NCBI GenBank assembly: GCA_036560805.1
Contig: DATBQM010000018.1
Coordinates: 3,494-67,493 of the forward strand
Direction: 5' to 3'
Length of the DNA: 64,000 bases
From: Gaiellaceae bacterium
GTDB lineage: Bacteria; Actinomycetota; Thermoleophilia; Gaiellales; Gaiellaceae
Both the position numbers and the translations under genes were made by a program. Below, in pieces: positions 54,059-62,611 of the stretch. Position 1 is the first letter of the stretch. Each line of letters begins with the position of its first letter. A model generated the notes under the pieces. That model saw only the letters and a program-made list of their open reading frames with translations. It made no database searches and was not told the DNA's origin.

Positions 54059-56284
54059 GTGCGCACGGCAATCGTCTCCACGTATCCGCCACGCGCGTGC
54101 GGCATCGGCACGTTCGCCGCCGACGTGCGCTCGACGCTGCTCGGCGTCGACGGCGTCGAGCGCGTCGACTTCGTCGCAGTCGTCAACGAGCCGTCGCGTC
54201 CGCAGCGACGCGGGCTGCTGTCGACCATCGGGCAGTCCGTCCGCGGCGACTACGTGCGGACGGCTCGGATGCTCAGTCGGCTCGACATCGACGCCGTACT
54301 CCTGCAGCACGAGTACGGAATCTTCGGCGGTACCGACGGCGAGTACGTGCTCTCGTTTGCAAAGGAGCTCGCGCAGCCGCTGGTCGTGACGTTGCACACG
54401 GTGCTCTCGGAGCCGACGCCGAATCAGCTCGCTGTGCTCTCGGAGCTCTGCGAGCGAGCCGAGCTGGTGATCGTCATGACCGACACGGCGGAGCGAATGC
54501 TGGTCGAGTGCGGCGCGTGCGCGGAGGAGAAGATCCGCGTCGTGCCGCACGGCGCACCGGCGCGGCTCACGGCGCGCGCGTCCGTGAGCGCGGTTGCTCC
54601 GCGTACCGACGAGCGCGTCACCCTGTCGACCTTCGGGCTGATCTCGCCCGGCAAGGGTCTGGAGATGGCGATCGAGGCATTGCCGGCGATCGTCGAGCGC
54701 CACCCCGAGATCGTCTACGTGATCGCGGGTCGTACGCATCCCGACGTCGCTCACCGCGAGGGCGAGCGCTACCGCCTCATGCTCGAGCGGCGCGTGCTCG
54801 AGCTCGATCTCGGCGAGCACGTCGAGTTCGACGACCGCTTCCTCTCGATCGACGACCTCTCGGACCTCCTCGCAGCGACCGACGTGTTCGTCACCCCATA
54901 CCGAAATCGCGAGCAGATCGCGTCGGGCGCTCTGACCTTCGCGATCGCGGCCGGCTGCGCAGTCGTCTCGACCCCGTACTGGTACGCCCAGGACATGCTC
55001 GCGTCGGGGGCGGGCCGGCTCGTGCCGTTCGACGACGCGCCGGCGCTCGCGGAAGCGGTATGCGGCTACCTCGAAGACCCCGAAGCGCTGGCGAAGGCGC
55101 GTGCCGAGGCGCAGCGGATCGGATCGTCACTCGCGTGGCCTGCGGTCGCAGAAGCGACCGCCGCCGTGCTGACCGAGGCCCATGCGCTCGCGCCGCGGCG
55201 TAAACCCGCCGGCGTCGCAGACCTCCAGCTCACGAGCTTGCGCACCGATCATGTCCACACACTCGTGGACGACGTCGGCATCGTGCAGCACGCGCACGGG
55301 ATCATCCCCAACCGCGACAGCGGCTATTGCGTCGACGACGTCGCCCGGTTGTCGGTCGTCTCGCTCACGCTCGCGCGCCGCGGCGACGAACAGGCGTGGA
55401 CGTCGACGCTCTACCGGGCGCTCGCATTCCTGCACGCTGCCGAGGGAGACGGCGGGATGCGCAACTTCATGAGCTACGACCGCCGCTGGCTCGACGAGCC
55501 GCACATGGGCGACCACGTCGGCCGCTCCGTCTGGGCGCTCGGCGACATCCTTGCGACGGCGTGGATCCCCGCCGTCGTCGAGCCCAGCCGGAACCTCCTC
55601 GACCGTCTCGTTGGATCGCTCGCCGATGATGTCTATCTGCGGACGGCCGCATATTCCGTGCTCGGCCTCGCGCGCCTCGACGCCGACCGGCTGAACCGCT
55701 CGTCGCGACGCCTGCTCGAGCGATTGGTCGAGCAGCTCGCCAGCGCATACGAGCGAAACGCGTCGGACGAGTGGAGCTGGTTCGAGGGCCAGCTCAGCTA
55801 CGACAACGCGCGCCTCTCGCAAGCGCTCATCAGCGGAGGAAGCGCACTCGGGCGAGACGACCTGATCGAGGCCGGCCTCGAGTCCCTGCGCTGGCTCGGG
55901 GACGAGTGCGGCCTCGCAAACGGCATGCTGCGCCTTCCCGGCCATCACGGGCGCCGTCAGGGAGAAGCGGCTCCCGGCTTGGGCGACGAGCAGCCGCTCG
56001 ATGCCGCCGCGCTCGTCGAAGCCGAGCTGGCCGCGTTCGCGATCACCCATGAGCCCGAGCACGGCGTCCGAGCGCGCCGCTCGTTCGAGTGGTTCCTCGG
56101 ACGCAACCGCCTCGATCGGCCGCTGTACGACTTCGCCACCGGCGGATGCAGCGACGGGCTGGGAACCGAGGAGCTGAACGCGAACGAAGGCGCCGAATCG
56201 ACGCTCGCTTTCCACCGCGCAGCACTCCTGCTGGACGCGGCCGGTGTCCCGACCGCCGTTCGCGAACCGGTCCTCGCGGCATGA
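54059..56284 (+). CDS. GT4 family glycosyltransferase fused to a ~370-aa helical C-terminal domain
   Basis: The N-terminal 370 aa follow the GT-B/GT4 pattern: MRTAIVSTYPPRACGIGTF..., GKGLEMAIEA..., VFVTPYRNREQIASGALTFAIAAGCAVVST. The C-terminal half is all-helical repeats. Confidence 0.8.
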   Translation: MRTAIVSTYPPRACGIGTFAADVRSTLLGVDGVERVDFVAVVNEPSRPQRRGLLSTIGQSVRGDYVRTARMLSRLDIDAVLLQHEYGIFGGTDGEYVLSFAKELAQPLVVTLHTVLSEPTPNQLAVLSELCERAELVIVMTDTAERMLVECGACAEEKIRVVPHGAPARLTARASVSAVAPRTDERVTLSTFGLISPGKGLEMAIEALPAIVERHPEIVYVIAGRTHPDVAHREGERYRLMLERRVLELDLGEHVEFDDRFLSIDDLSDLLAATDVFVTPYRNREQIASGALTFAIAAGCAVVSTPYWYAQDMLASGAGRLVPFDDAPALAEAVCGYLEDPEALAKARAEAQRIGSSLAWPAVAEATAAVLTEAHALAPRRKPAGVADLQLTSLRTDHVHTLVDDVGIVQHAHGIIPNRDSGYCVDDVARLSVVSLTLARRGDEQAWTSTLYRALAFLHAAEGDGGMRNFMSYDRRWLDEPHMGDHVGRSVWALGDILATAWIPAVVEPSRNLLDRLVGSLADDVYLRTAAYSVLGLARLDADRLNRSSRRLLERLVEQLASAYERNASDEWSWFEGQLSYDNARLSQALISGGSALGRDDLIEAGLESLRWLGDECGLANGMLRLPGHHGRRQGEAAPGLGDEQPLDAAALVEAELAAFAITHEPEHGVRARRSFEWFLGRNRLDRPLYDFATGGCSDGLGTEELNANEGAESTLAFHRAALLLDAAGVPTAVREPVLAA

Positions 56285-57213
56285 CCGAGCGGGAGCTCTT
56301 CCAGCGTCACCCCGACAACCCGATCCTGACCGAAAAGGATTGGCCGTATCCCGTCAATGCGGTCTTCAACCCGGCGGCTGCCGCGCTCGACGGGGAAACT
56401 GTTCTCCTCGCACGGGTCGAGGATCTCCGCGGGATCTCGCACCTCACCGTCGCACGCTCGGCCAACGGCATCGACGGATGGTCGGTCGACGCGCAACCGC
56501 TGCTCGCTCCCGCCGACGACGTCGCGACCGAGCAGTGGGGATTCGAAGACCCGCGTGTCGTGTGGGTCGCCGAGCTCGAGCGCTGGGTCATCACCTGCAC
56601 CGCCTACGGCCCGGCGGGGCCGGCGGTCTATCTCGCCACCACCGAGGACTTCGCGACGATCGAGCGCCACGGCATCGTCAGGCATCCCGAAGACAAGAAC
56701 GCGGCTCTGCTCCCTCATCGGATCGACGGTCGCTGGGTCATGCTCCACCGTCCGAAGACCGAGTTCGGCGGCGCCCACGGCGAGATCGTTCTCTCCCGCT
56801 CGGCCGATCTCGTCAGCTGGAGCGCGCCGGAACAGGTGTTGCAGCCGCGGGACGGCGCCTGGTGGGATTCGCTGCGCATCGGGATCGGGCCGCCGCCGCT
56901 CTGGACCGAGCACGGCTGGCTCCTCGTCTACCACGGCGTGAAGGACACGGTTTCCGGCCAGGTGTACCGGCTCGGACTCGCCCTGCTCGATCTCGAAGAG
57001 CCGACGCGCGTTCTGCGACGCCTGCCCAACTGGATCCTCGGGCCGCTCGCGCCGTACGAACGCACCGGCGACGTTCCCAACGTCGTCTTCCCGTGCGGCC
57101 TCCTGCACGACGCAACGAGCGGCGAATTGCGCATGTATTACGGCGCCGCCGACAACACGATCTGCCTCGCCACCGCCCAACTCGACGATCTTCTCGCCGC
57201 CGTGCTCGCGTGA
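56281..57213 (+). CDS. GH130 family glycoside phosphorylase/hydrolase (beta-mannoside-type)
   Basis: ATGA overlap with the GT4 gene. NPILT...VFNPAAA...LLARVED...GFEDPRV...DKNAALLP...WWDSLRIG...YHGV...YYGAADT-like YYGAADN fits the 5-bladed propeller family pattern. Confidence 0.8.
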   Translation: MTERELFQRHPDNPILTEKDWPYPVNAVFNPAAAALDGETVLLARVEDLRGISHLTVARSANGIDGWSVDAQPLLAPADDVATEQWGFEDPRVVWVAELERWVITCTAYGPAGPAVYLATTEDFATIERHGIVRHPEDKNAALLPHRIDGRWVMLHRPKTEFGGAHGEIVLSRSADLVSWSAPEQVLQPRDGAWWDSLRIGIGPPPLWTEHGWLLVYHGVKDTVSGQVYRLGLALLDLEEPTRVLRRLPNWILGPLAPYERTGDVPNVVFPCGLLHDATSGELRMYYGAADNTICLATAQLDDLLAAVLA

Positions 57214-57251
57214 GCGGGCGTCGTACCGCACGTCCAACAGAAGGAGCTCAG

Positions 57252-57587
57252 ATGTATGCGACCGTCCGTCGCTACGAGGGCATCGACAAGGTGCGCTCGG
57301 AAGAGATCACCCGCAAGGTCACCGACAGCCTTCTTCCGGCCCTCAGCAAGCTGCCCGGGTTCTCGGGGTACTTCCTGATCGACGCCGGCGAAGGTGTGCT
57401 CACCTCGGTCGGCCTGTTCGAGACTGCCGACCAGGCGCACGCGTCGACGCGCCTCGCCGCCACGTGGATCCGCGAGAACGACCTCATCGGAGCGCTCCCG
57501 AACACGCCGAAGATCACGGCGGGCCCGCTGATCGTCCAGGGGCGCCCGGCAGCCGCTCCCGCCAAGCCAGTCCTCGTCGAGGCGTAG
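57252..57587 (+). CDS. ABM/dimeric alpha-beta barrel-like small protein
   Basis: AAGGAG RBS. MYATVRRYEGIDKVRSEEITRKVTDSLLPALSKLPGFSGYFLIDAGEGVLTSVGLFETADQA matches the ferredoxin-like ABM pattern. Confidence 0.6.
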   Translation: MYATVRRYEGIDKVRSEEITRKVTDSLLPALSKLPGFSGYFLIDAGEGVLTSVGLFETADQAHASTRLAATWIRENDLIGALPNTPKITAGPLIVQGRPAAAPAKPVLVEA

Positions 57588-57630
57588 CCCCAGGGGAGCG
57601 ATCCGAAGCGCGTACCCTGTATGAGACGCA

Positions 57631-57885
57631 ATGACGGAGACGAACGCGATCCCAACCGACACGGTGATCATCCGCGACCCCGGCGGCGAGGAGATCAGAT
57701 GGCGGACGCAACGGATGGTCAGCCTCGGCGCCGACCCGGAGCTCGCCGCGACGATCGCGAACAGTCACGCAGACGTGCACGACATCGAGCGGCTGCTCGA
57801 GGGCGGTTGCACGCTCGCGCTCGCCTGGGAGATCACGCGCCCGGTGAGCGAACCGCAGGCTGTCGTCGACACATCAGCCGAGTAG
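57631..57885 (+). CDS. Hypothetical small protein
   Basis: 84 aa, ATG start, high third-position GC consistent with coding. No recognised motif. Confidence 0.5.
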   Translation: MTETNAIPTDTVIIRDPGGEEIRWRTQRMVSLGADPELAATIANSHADVHDIERLLEGGCTLALAWEITRPVSEPQAVVDTSAE

Positions 57886-58623
57886 CGCGCGAAGAGCCTG
57901 CAGCTCGTCCGGCAGCGCGAGCTCAGGCTCCGCGAGCTCCGGATGCCAGCGCTTCTCCCACTCGACTGTGAGCCAGCCGTCGTAGCCGTGCGCGCGGAGC
58001 ACGTCGAGGCTCGCCCGGACCGGCACGTCGCCGTCGCCGAGCGGGACGAGGTCCCAATCGTTCCCGCGCCGCCGCGCGTCCTTGACGTGCACGAGCCGGA
58101 CGGCCGGGCCGAGTGCGCGCATCACCTCGGCGGGCGATTCGCCCAGGCGCGCCGGATGGTGCAGATCCCAGATCGCGGCGAGCGACGGGCTCCCGACGAG
58201 CCCGAGCAGCTCGGCGACGCGCGCTGCGCTCGCGAAGTGATCGTGCGTCTCGAGCGCGACCGTGACGTCGGGCTCGAGCAGCGGCTCGAGCCGGCGCGCG
58301 ACGTCTTCGAGGTCGGCGACGTCGCCGCCGAAGACGCGCACCGTGTCCGTCCCCCACTCGCGCGCCAGCTCGACGGCGGCGGGCAGCGTGCGCTCGAATG
58401 CGCCTGCGAGCTCGACCGACGTGTCGAGGCAGGCGAGCGATACGTCTGCGAGAGTCGCGCCGACAGCGCGGCGCGTCGAGGAAGCGAGCGCGAGAACGTC
58501 GATCGGCTCGCCGTCGAGCAGCCGTAGCTCGAGACCGTCGTAGCCGAGCTCGTGGACTGCCTCGACCGTACGCTCGAGCGCCCAGTCGGGCGCGGCGAGG
58601 TTCGAGAACGCGATGCGGGTCAT
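57874..58623 (-). CDS. Sugar phosphate isomerase/epimerase (xylose isomerase-like TIM barrel)
   Basis: ATG at 58623 (ATGA overlap). MTRIAFSNLAAPDW...ELGYDGLELR...VALETHD...HVKD...GYDGWLTVEWE. Confidence 0.8.
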   Translation of the reverse strand: MTRIAFSNLAAPDWALERTVEAVHELGYDGLELRLLDGEPIDVLALASSTRRAVGATLADVSLACLDTSVELAGAFERTLPAAVELAREWGTDTVRVFGGDVADLEDVARRLEPLLEPDVTVALETHDHFASAARVAELLGLVGSPSLAAIWDLHHPARLGESPAEVMRALGPAVRLVHVKDARRRGNDWDLVPLGDGDVPVRASLDVLRAHGYDGWLTVEWEKRWHPELAEPELALPDELQALRALLG

Positions 58624-59696
58624 TCGCCGCGCAGCTGCGCGAGCAGCGCGGCGTACGCATCGCGGTCGACAGGCAGCGGCACGGCGCGCTCCTCGTGCGT
58701 CGAGAGGACGATGGCGTTCGCGAGCTCGAGCGAGCAGAGCGCACCGCGCGCGGGGACGCGCGGCTCGCGGCCCTCGCGCACCGCAGCGGCGAAGTCCGCG
58801 TGCACGTCGAGATGGTCGCCGCGTCCCGGCGGCAGCTCGACGGCTTCGGCGACACGCTCGGGCGCCGCGAACATCTCCGTCGCGCTGATCAGATGTTCCG
58901 AGATCGGCGGCTCGAAGCGCTCGAACGCGAGCGACTCGCCGACGATCTCGATTCGGCCGCGATCGCCGACGAGCTCGATGCGCTGCACGCCCGGCTCGAG
59001 CGTCGAGACGGCGATGGTTCCGACGGCGCCGCCTTCGTACGAGAGTAGTGCGGTCGCGATGTCCTCCGCCTCCATCGGCTGCGCACGCCGCTGCGCGACG
59101 CCCCACACCGTCTCGGGCCGCCCCGCGAGGTGGCAAAGGAGATCGAGCGTGTGCGGAGCCTGGTTCATCAGGACGCCTCCACCTTCACCCTTCCACGTGC
59201 CGCGCCAGTCTGCGGTGCGGTAGTACGCGTTCGGCCGGTACAGCGGATCGACGATCGACGCGCGCACGAGCGGCCCGAGCCTGCCCTCGTCGACCAGTCG
59301 CCGGGCGGCGGCGATCACCGGCCGGAAGCGCTGCTGGAAGCACACGCCCAGCAGCCGGCCCGCCCGGTCGGCCGCGGCGATCATCGCGTCGGCGTCCCGC
59401 ACCTCGGGTGCGAGCGGCTTCTCGCACAGGACGTGCGCGCCGGTTTCGAGGGCGGCGATCGTCAGCTCGGCGTGCGACGGATGCGGCGTGGCGACGACCA
59501 CGACGTCGAGGCCTTGCTCGAGCAGATCGTCGCTCTCGGCGTAGGCGCGGCTGTTGTACTCGCGCGCGCGTACGGCAGCCGATTCCGCGTCGTGGGCGGC
59601 GATGCCGACGAGCACGACGTCGTCGAGCGCGGCGATCGCATCGAGGTGCAGTCCGGCGACGACGCCCGCACCGATCAGGCCGTAGAGCAGCGTCAC
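58620..59696 (-). CDS. Gfo/Idh/MocA family oxidoreductase
   Basis: LIGAGVVAGLH (Rossmann fold), HVLCEKPLA, and a C-terminal alpha/beta domain. Confidence 0.85.
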   Translation of the reverse strand: MTLLYGLIGAGVVAGLHLDAIAALDDVVLVGIAAHDAESAAVRAREYNSRAYAESDDLLEQGLDVVVVATPHPSHAELTIAALETGAHVLCEKPLAPEVRDADAMIAAADRAGRLLGVCFQQRFRPVIAAARRLVDEGRLGPLVRASIVDPLYRPNAYYRTADWRGTWKGEGGGVLMNQAPHTLDLLCHLAGRPETVWGVAQRRAQPMEAEDIATALLSYEGGAVGTIAVSTLEPGVQRIELVGDRGRIEIVGESLAFERFEPPISEHLISATEMFAAPERVAEAVELPPGRGDHLDVHADFAAAVREGREPRVPARGALCSLELANAIVLSTHEERAVPLPVDRDAYAALLAQLRGE

Positions 59697-60466
59697 GCCA
59701 ACGACCTGAACGCCGCGATGCAGTCGCGCGTTGCGAGCTCGCCGCTGCCGTCGCGCACGTAGTGCGTCTCGAAGGAGAGATAGCCGACATAGCCGGCCTC
59801 TGTGAGGCAGTCGAGCTGCGCCCGAAAGTCGACGATGCCGTCACCGACCCTCGTCCACTCCCCCGCCGATGTGACGTCCTTCAGGTGGACGTGCGCGACG
59901 CGGTCGACGATCGTGTCGAGCCCGCCGCGCCCGTTCCACGCGGCCGGATCCAGCATGGCGGCGTTCCCGGGGTCCCAGATGAGGCGCAGCTGCGGCGCAT
60001 CGGCCGCCTCGAGCGCGGCGTGCGCCTCCGCGGCGGTGGCGACGTTGCACTCGTGCTCGTTCTCGAGCGCGAGCGTGACGCCCGCAGCCTGTGCCTGCGA
60101 CGTCGCGTCGTGAAGCGCGTGACCGAGGTCGGACAGCGCGGTGACCGGATCGGGCTCGCGCCAGTAGCCGAACGCGCGCACGACCGGCGCGCCCAGCGCG
60201 GTTGCGGCGCGCAGCGCTCCGGCGAGCACGGCGTCCTGGTTCTCGCCGCGGTGGCACTTGAGGAACGATGACGCGATCGCACAGACGGCGAAGCCGCGCC
60301 GGTCGAGCTCGTCCCGGATCGCCTCGAGCTCGGCGTCCGAGCGGTCGACGACCTGGACGCCGCCGAGCGTGCGCAGCTCGACAGCGTGGATCCCGAGCTC
60401 CTCGCAGACGTCGAGGGCCCGCTCGAGGCCTGGGTCGATCTCGTCGCTGATGACGCTCAACCGCAC
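59693..60466 (-). CDS. Sugar phosphate isomerase/epimerase (xylose isomerase-like TIM barrel)
   Basis: Start at GTG 60466. VRLSVISDEID...LGIHAVELR...LALENEH...HLKD...GYVGYLSFETH. The upstream part of the 503-aa ORF is off-frame. Confidence 0.8.
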   Translation of the reverse strand: MRLSVISDEIDPGLERALDVCEELGIHAVELRTLGGVQVVDRSDAELEAIRDELDRRGFAVCAIASSFLKCHRGENQDAVLAGALRAATALGAPVVRAFGYWREPDPVTALSDLGHALHDATSQAQAAGVTLALENEHECNVATAAEAHAALEAADAPQLRLIWDPGNAAMLDPAAWNGRGGLDTIVDRVAHVHLKDVTSAGEWTRVGDGIVDFRAQLDCLTEAGYVGYLSFETHYVRDGSGELATRDCIAAFRSLA

Positions 60467-60488
60467 CGACCGTGCTTGTATCACCTGG

Positions 60489-61256
60489 ATGGATTCCGAT
60501 CTCGAGGGCAGCGTCGCGGTTGTCACGGGAGCGTCCGGCGTGCTCGGCGGCGCGATCGCGCGCGGCCTCGCGGCGGCGGGCGCCCGGGTCGGGTTGCTCG
60601 CGCGCCGGCGGGAGCGGTTGGACGCGCTCGCCGCCGAGCTCGAGGGCGCGTTCGTCCTCGAGGCGGACGTGCTCGACCGCGGCTCGCTCGAGACAGCGCG
60701 CACGCAGCTCGAACGGCTCGACGTGCTCGTCAACGCCGCGGGCGGGAACGTGCCGGCGGCGACGACCGGCGAGCAGACGTTCTTCGAGTTGCCGTCGTCG
60801 GCGATCGACGAGGTCGTGAAGCTGAACTTCAACGGCACGGTCCTGCCGTGCCAGGTCTTCGGCGAGGCAATGGCGGACGGCGGATCGATCGTGAACGTCT
60901 CGTCGCTCGCCGCCCACCGCGCGCTCACGCGCGTCGTCGGATACGGCGCTGCGAAGGCGGCGGTCGAGAACCTGACGCGGTGGCTCGCCGTCGAGCTCGC
61001 GCCTCGCGGCGTGCGCGTCAATGCGATCGCGCCCGGCTTCTTCGTCGGCGAGCAGAACCGTGCGCTGCTCCTCGACGAGTCTGGTGCATTGACCGAGCGC
61101 GGCGAGCGGATCGTCGCGGCGACGCCGATGCGTCGCTTCGGCGAGCCGCGCGAGCTCGCGGGCACGGTCGTCTGGCTTGCGAGCGCCGGCTCGTCGTTCG
61201 TCACGGGCGCAGTCGTCCCGGTCGACGGCGGCTTCGACGCGTTCAGCGGCGTCTAA
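60489..61256 (+). CDS. SDR family oxidoreductase (mannonate/fructuronate reductase-like context)
   Basis: VAVVTGASGVLGGAIA, NAAG, S...YGAAKAA, and VRVNAIAPGFF. Confidence 0.85.
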   Translation: MDSDLEGSVAVVTGASGVLGGAIARGLAAAGARVGLLARRRERLDALAAELEGAFVLEADVLDRGSLETARTQLERLDVLVNAAGGNVPAATTGEQTFFELPSSAIDEVVKLNFNGTVLPCQVFGEAMADGGSIVNVSSLAAHRALTRVVGYGAAKAAVENLTRWLAVELAPRGVRVNAIAPGFFVGEQNRALLLDESGALTERGERIVAATPMRRFGEPRELAGTVVWLASAGSSFVTGAVVPVDGGFDAFSGV

Positions 61257-62574
61257 ACGCGGTACGCGCGCTTCGCGAGGTCGCACGCGAGCTCGCGTGC
61301 AATGCGGCGCGCCTCGTCCTCGGTCGCAAAGCCGCCGGCGACGCGGCGCGCGAGCCAGCCGCACGTGCGCCGACGCCAGAGGTCGTGCCGCGCCGGCAGC
61401 GCCGTGAGCGCGCGCGCGTCGTCGACGAAGCCGGCCAGGTTGCGGACGCCGGCCGTCTCGACGACGCGATCGAGGAAGCGGTCGATGCCGAGCGGGCTGT
61501 CGTGAAACCACCATGGGCAGCCGAGCAGCACGGCCGGGTAGTGGCCGGCGAGAGGAGCAAGCTCGCGGCTGTACGTGCTCTCGTCGAGCGTGAACAGGAT
61601 GAGCGTGAAGCCCGGATCGTTGCCGCAGTCCTCGAGCAGCGGCCGCAGCCCGCGCGTCCAGTCGGTCGCGATCGGGATGTCGGCGCCGAGGTCGGGGCCG
61701 AAGCTCGCAGCGAGTGGCGCGTTGTGGTTGCGGACGCTGCCCACGTGGAGCTGCATGACGAGGCCGTCGTCGAGGCTCATGCGCGCGAACTCGTTCAGCA
61801 TGTGCGCCTCGAAGCTGCGCGCCTCTGCCGCCGACACGGATCCGGTGAGCGCGCGAGCGAAGATGCGCGCTGCGTCGCCGTCCGTGAGCCGCGTCGTGTC
61901 GGCGCTCGTCGCTGCATGGTCGGTCGCGGTCGCTCCCATCTCCTTGAAGGCGGCGCGCCGCTCGACGAGCGTGTCGATGAGCGAGGGGTAGTCATCGACG
62001 CCGAGCTCGGCGACCGCCTCGCGCCAACCGGGCGCGTCGAGCGCGACGACCGCATCGGGGCGAAACGTCGGCCGGATGCGCGGCGCGAGGCCTCGGTGAT
62101 CGTCGAGCGGCGCGCCCGCAGGATCGGTCGTCGCCAGGCACTCGACACCGAAGCGGTCGAGCAGGGCCAGCGGTGCGAACGCTGCGCTCGCAAGCTGAGC
62201 CTCGATCGCGTCGTACGCATCCAGCGTGAGCTCGTGGATCCCGAACACACCCGAGAGCGTCTCGCGCAGCCAGAGCCCAGACGGCGTGAGCGCGAAGAGG
62301 TCGGCGTTGTCGACGAGGAGCTGCCAGACGTCCCGGTCTTCGCCGCGCGTCGCCTCAATTCGCACGCCCTGCGAGTAGAGCATCCGGACGACGTAGTGGT
62401 CGCTCGTGACGAAGAGGCGGCCGGGCGGATCGAGTCGCGAGCCGGCACGGGAGAAGAGCCGCGCGTCGATGTGGCCGTGCGGGCTGACGAGCGGAAGCTC
62501 GGCAACCTCGCGGTAGAGATCGTTCCCGAGCCCGCCGCCCTCGATGTAGCGGTCAGGTGCAGAGTCGACCGACA
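61253..62574 (-). CDS. uxaC: Glucuronate isomerase
   Basis: ATG at 62574. LPLVSPHGHID, VTSDHYVVRML, ATTDP, HVGSVRN, and WWFHD are UxaC hallmarks. Confidence 0.85.
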
Positions 62575-62611
62575 TGGGGCGTAAGGCTACGCCCGTCGCT
62601 ACTCTCCTCGG

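Noticed and set aside
49225-62584. Very long ORFs 49225..51546(-), 59841..61514(-), 60386..62584(+), 54097..55203(+) and 55127..56215(-).
   Set aside because: They show the same high-GC off-frame signature (R/G/P/D-rich, no recognisable domains). They overlap the HK2, desaturase, SDR, UxaC and GT4 genes.
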